Shown here in pieces: positions 63,877-64,000 of a stretch of 64,000 bases of DNA. Within the stretch, counting starts at the first letter, position 1. Each line of letters starts with the position of its first letter. A program made the position numbers and the translations under genes. This stretch comes from Armatimonadota bacterium (GTDB lineage Bacteria > Armatimonadota > SYMT01), in NCBI GenBank assembly GCA_041690135.1, contig JAWLHY010000003.1, forward strand, positions 946,397 through 1,010,396. The letters run 5' to 3'. The notes under the pieces are model-generated. The model searched no databases, was not told where the DNA came from, and saw nothing but the letters and a program-made list of their open reading frames with translations.

Positions 63877-64000
63877 CGCCCCTGGGAAAAGGGGCGGGCG
63901 ATCCTTGAAAACTAAACAGTGGAGAACGACGCAGGTAAGGTCTTCTTCTCTTCGTGAGGAGAAGTGCTTGGACGGCCTTGGTCAAATAAATCCTTCCCCG
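63877..64000 (+). promoter_or_regulatory. rRNA operon leader (boxB-like hairpin, boxA/processing-stalk motif); 16S expected beyond the window
   Basis: CGCCCC-tgggaaaa-GGGGCG hairpin then GATCCTTGAAAACTAAACAG. Confidence 0.7.

Noticed and set aside
63920-64000. Start of 16S rRNA or a tRNA
   Set aside because: No AGAGTTTGATC 16S start or cloverleaf within the window; leader only.

Overview
This is a GC-rich bacterial chromosome segment. The rplS-lepB-rnhB order and the rRNA leader look Terrabacteria-like, while the DUF1501/DUF1549/DUF1553/DUF4058 genes are Planctomycete-type; Armatimonadota is a plausible but unverified guess. About 50 CDS are supported, including rplS, lepB, rnhB, ruvC, gdx/sugE, a Prc-type protease, phoU, Hsp20, a DUF1501-DUF1549/1553-WD40-PPC operon, E1 alpha and beta dehydrogenase subunits, and an Rrf2-cysK-sulfite reductase-sat-SLC13 sulfur operon. 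The window ends in tandem rRNA-type promoters and an rRNA leader. The most striking signal is about 15 short degenerate 7/8/9-mer tandem arrays at gene boundaries, often as inverted arm pairs. One pair brackets a four-helix-bundle (IVS/Avd-like) gene, and several arms supply stop codons, protein termini or in-frame linkers. A 66-bp/22-aa coding repeat (Y-G-x-A-E-R-x-G) sits in frame in two unrelated proteins. Also notable are a low-GC island with an RNase H-like gene and a Ser/Thr kinase, a free-standing archaeal-type ThrRS editing domain with altered key residues, several REP-like families, and a candidate structured RNA before lepB. All family calls come from motif recognition by eye; no database searches were run.
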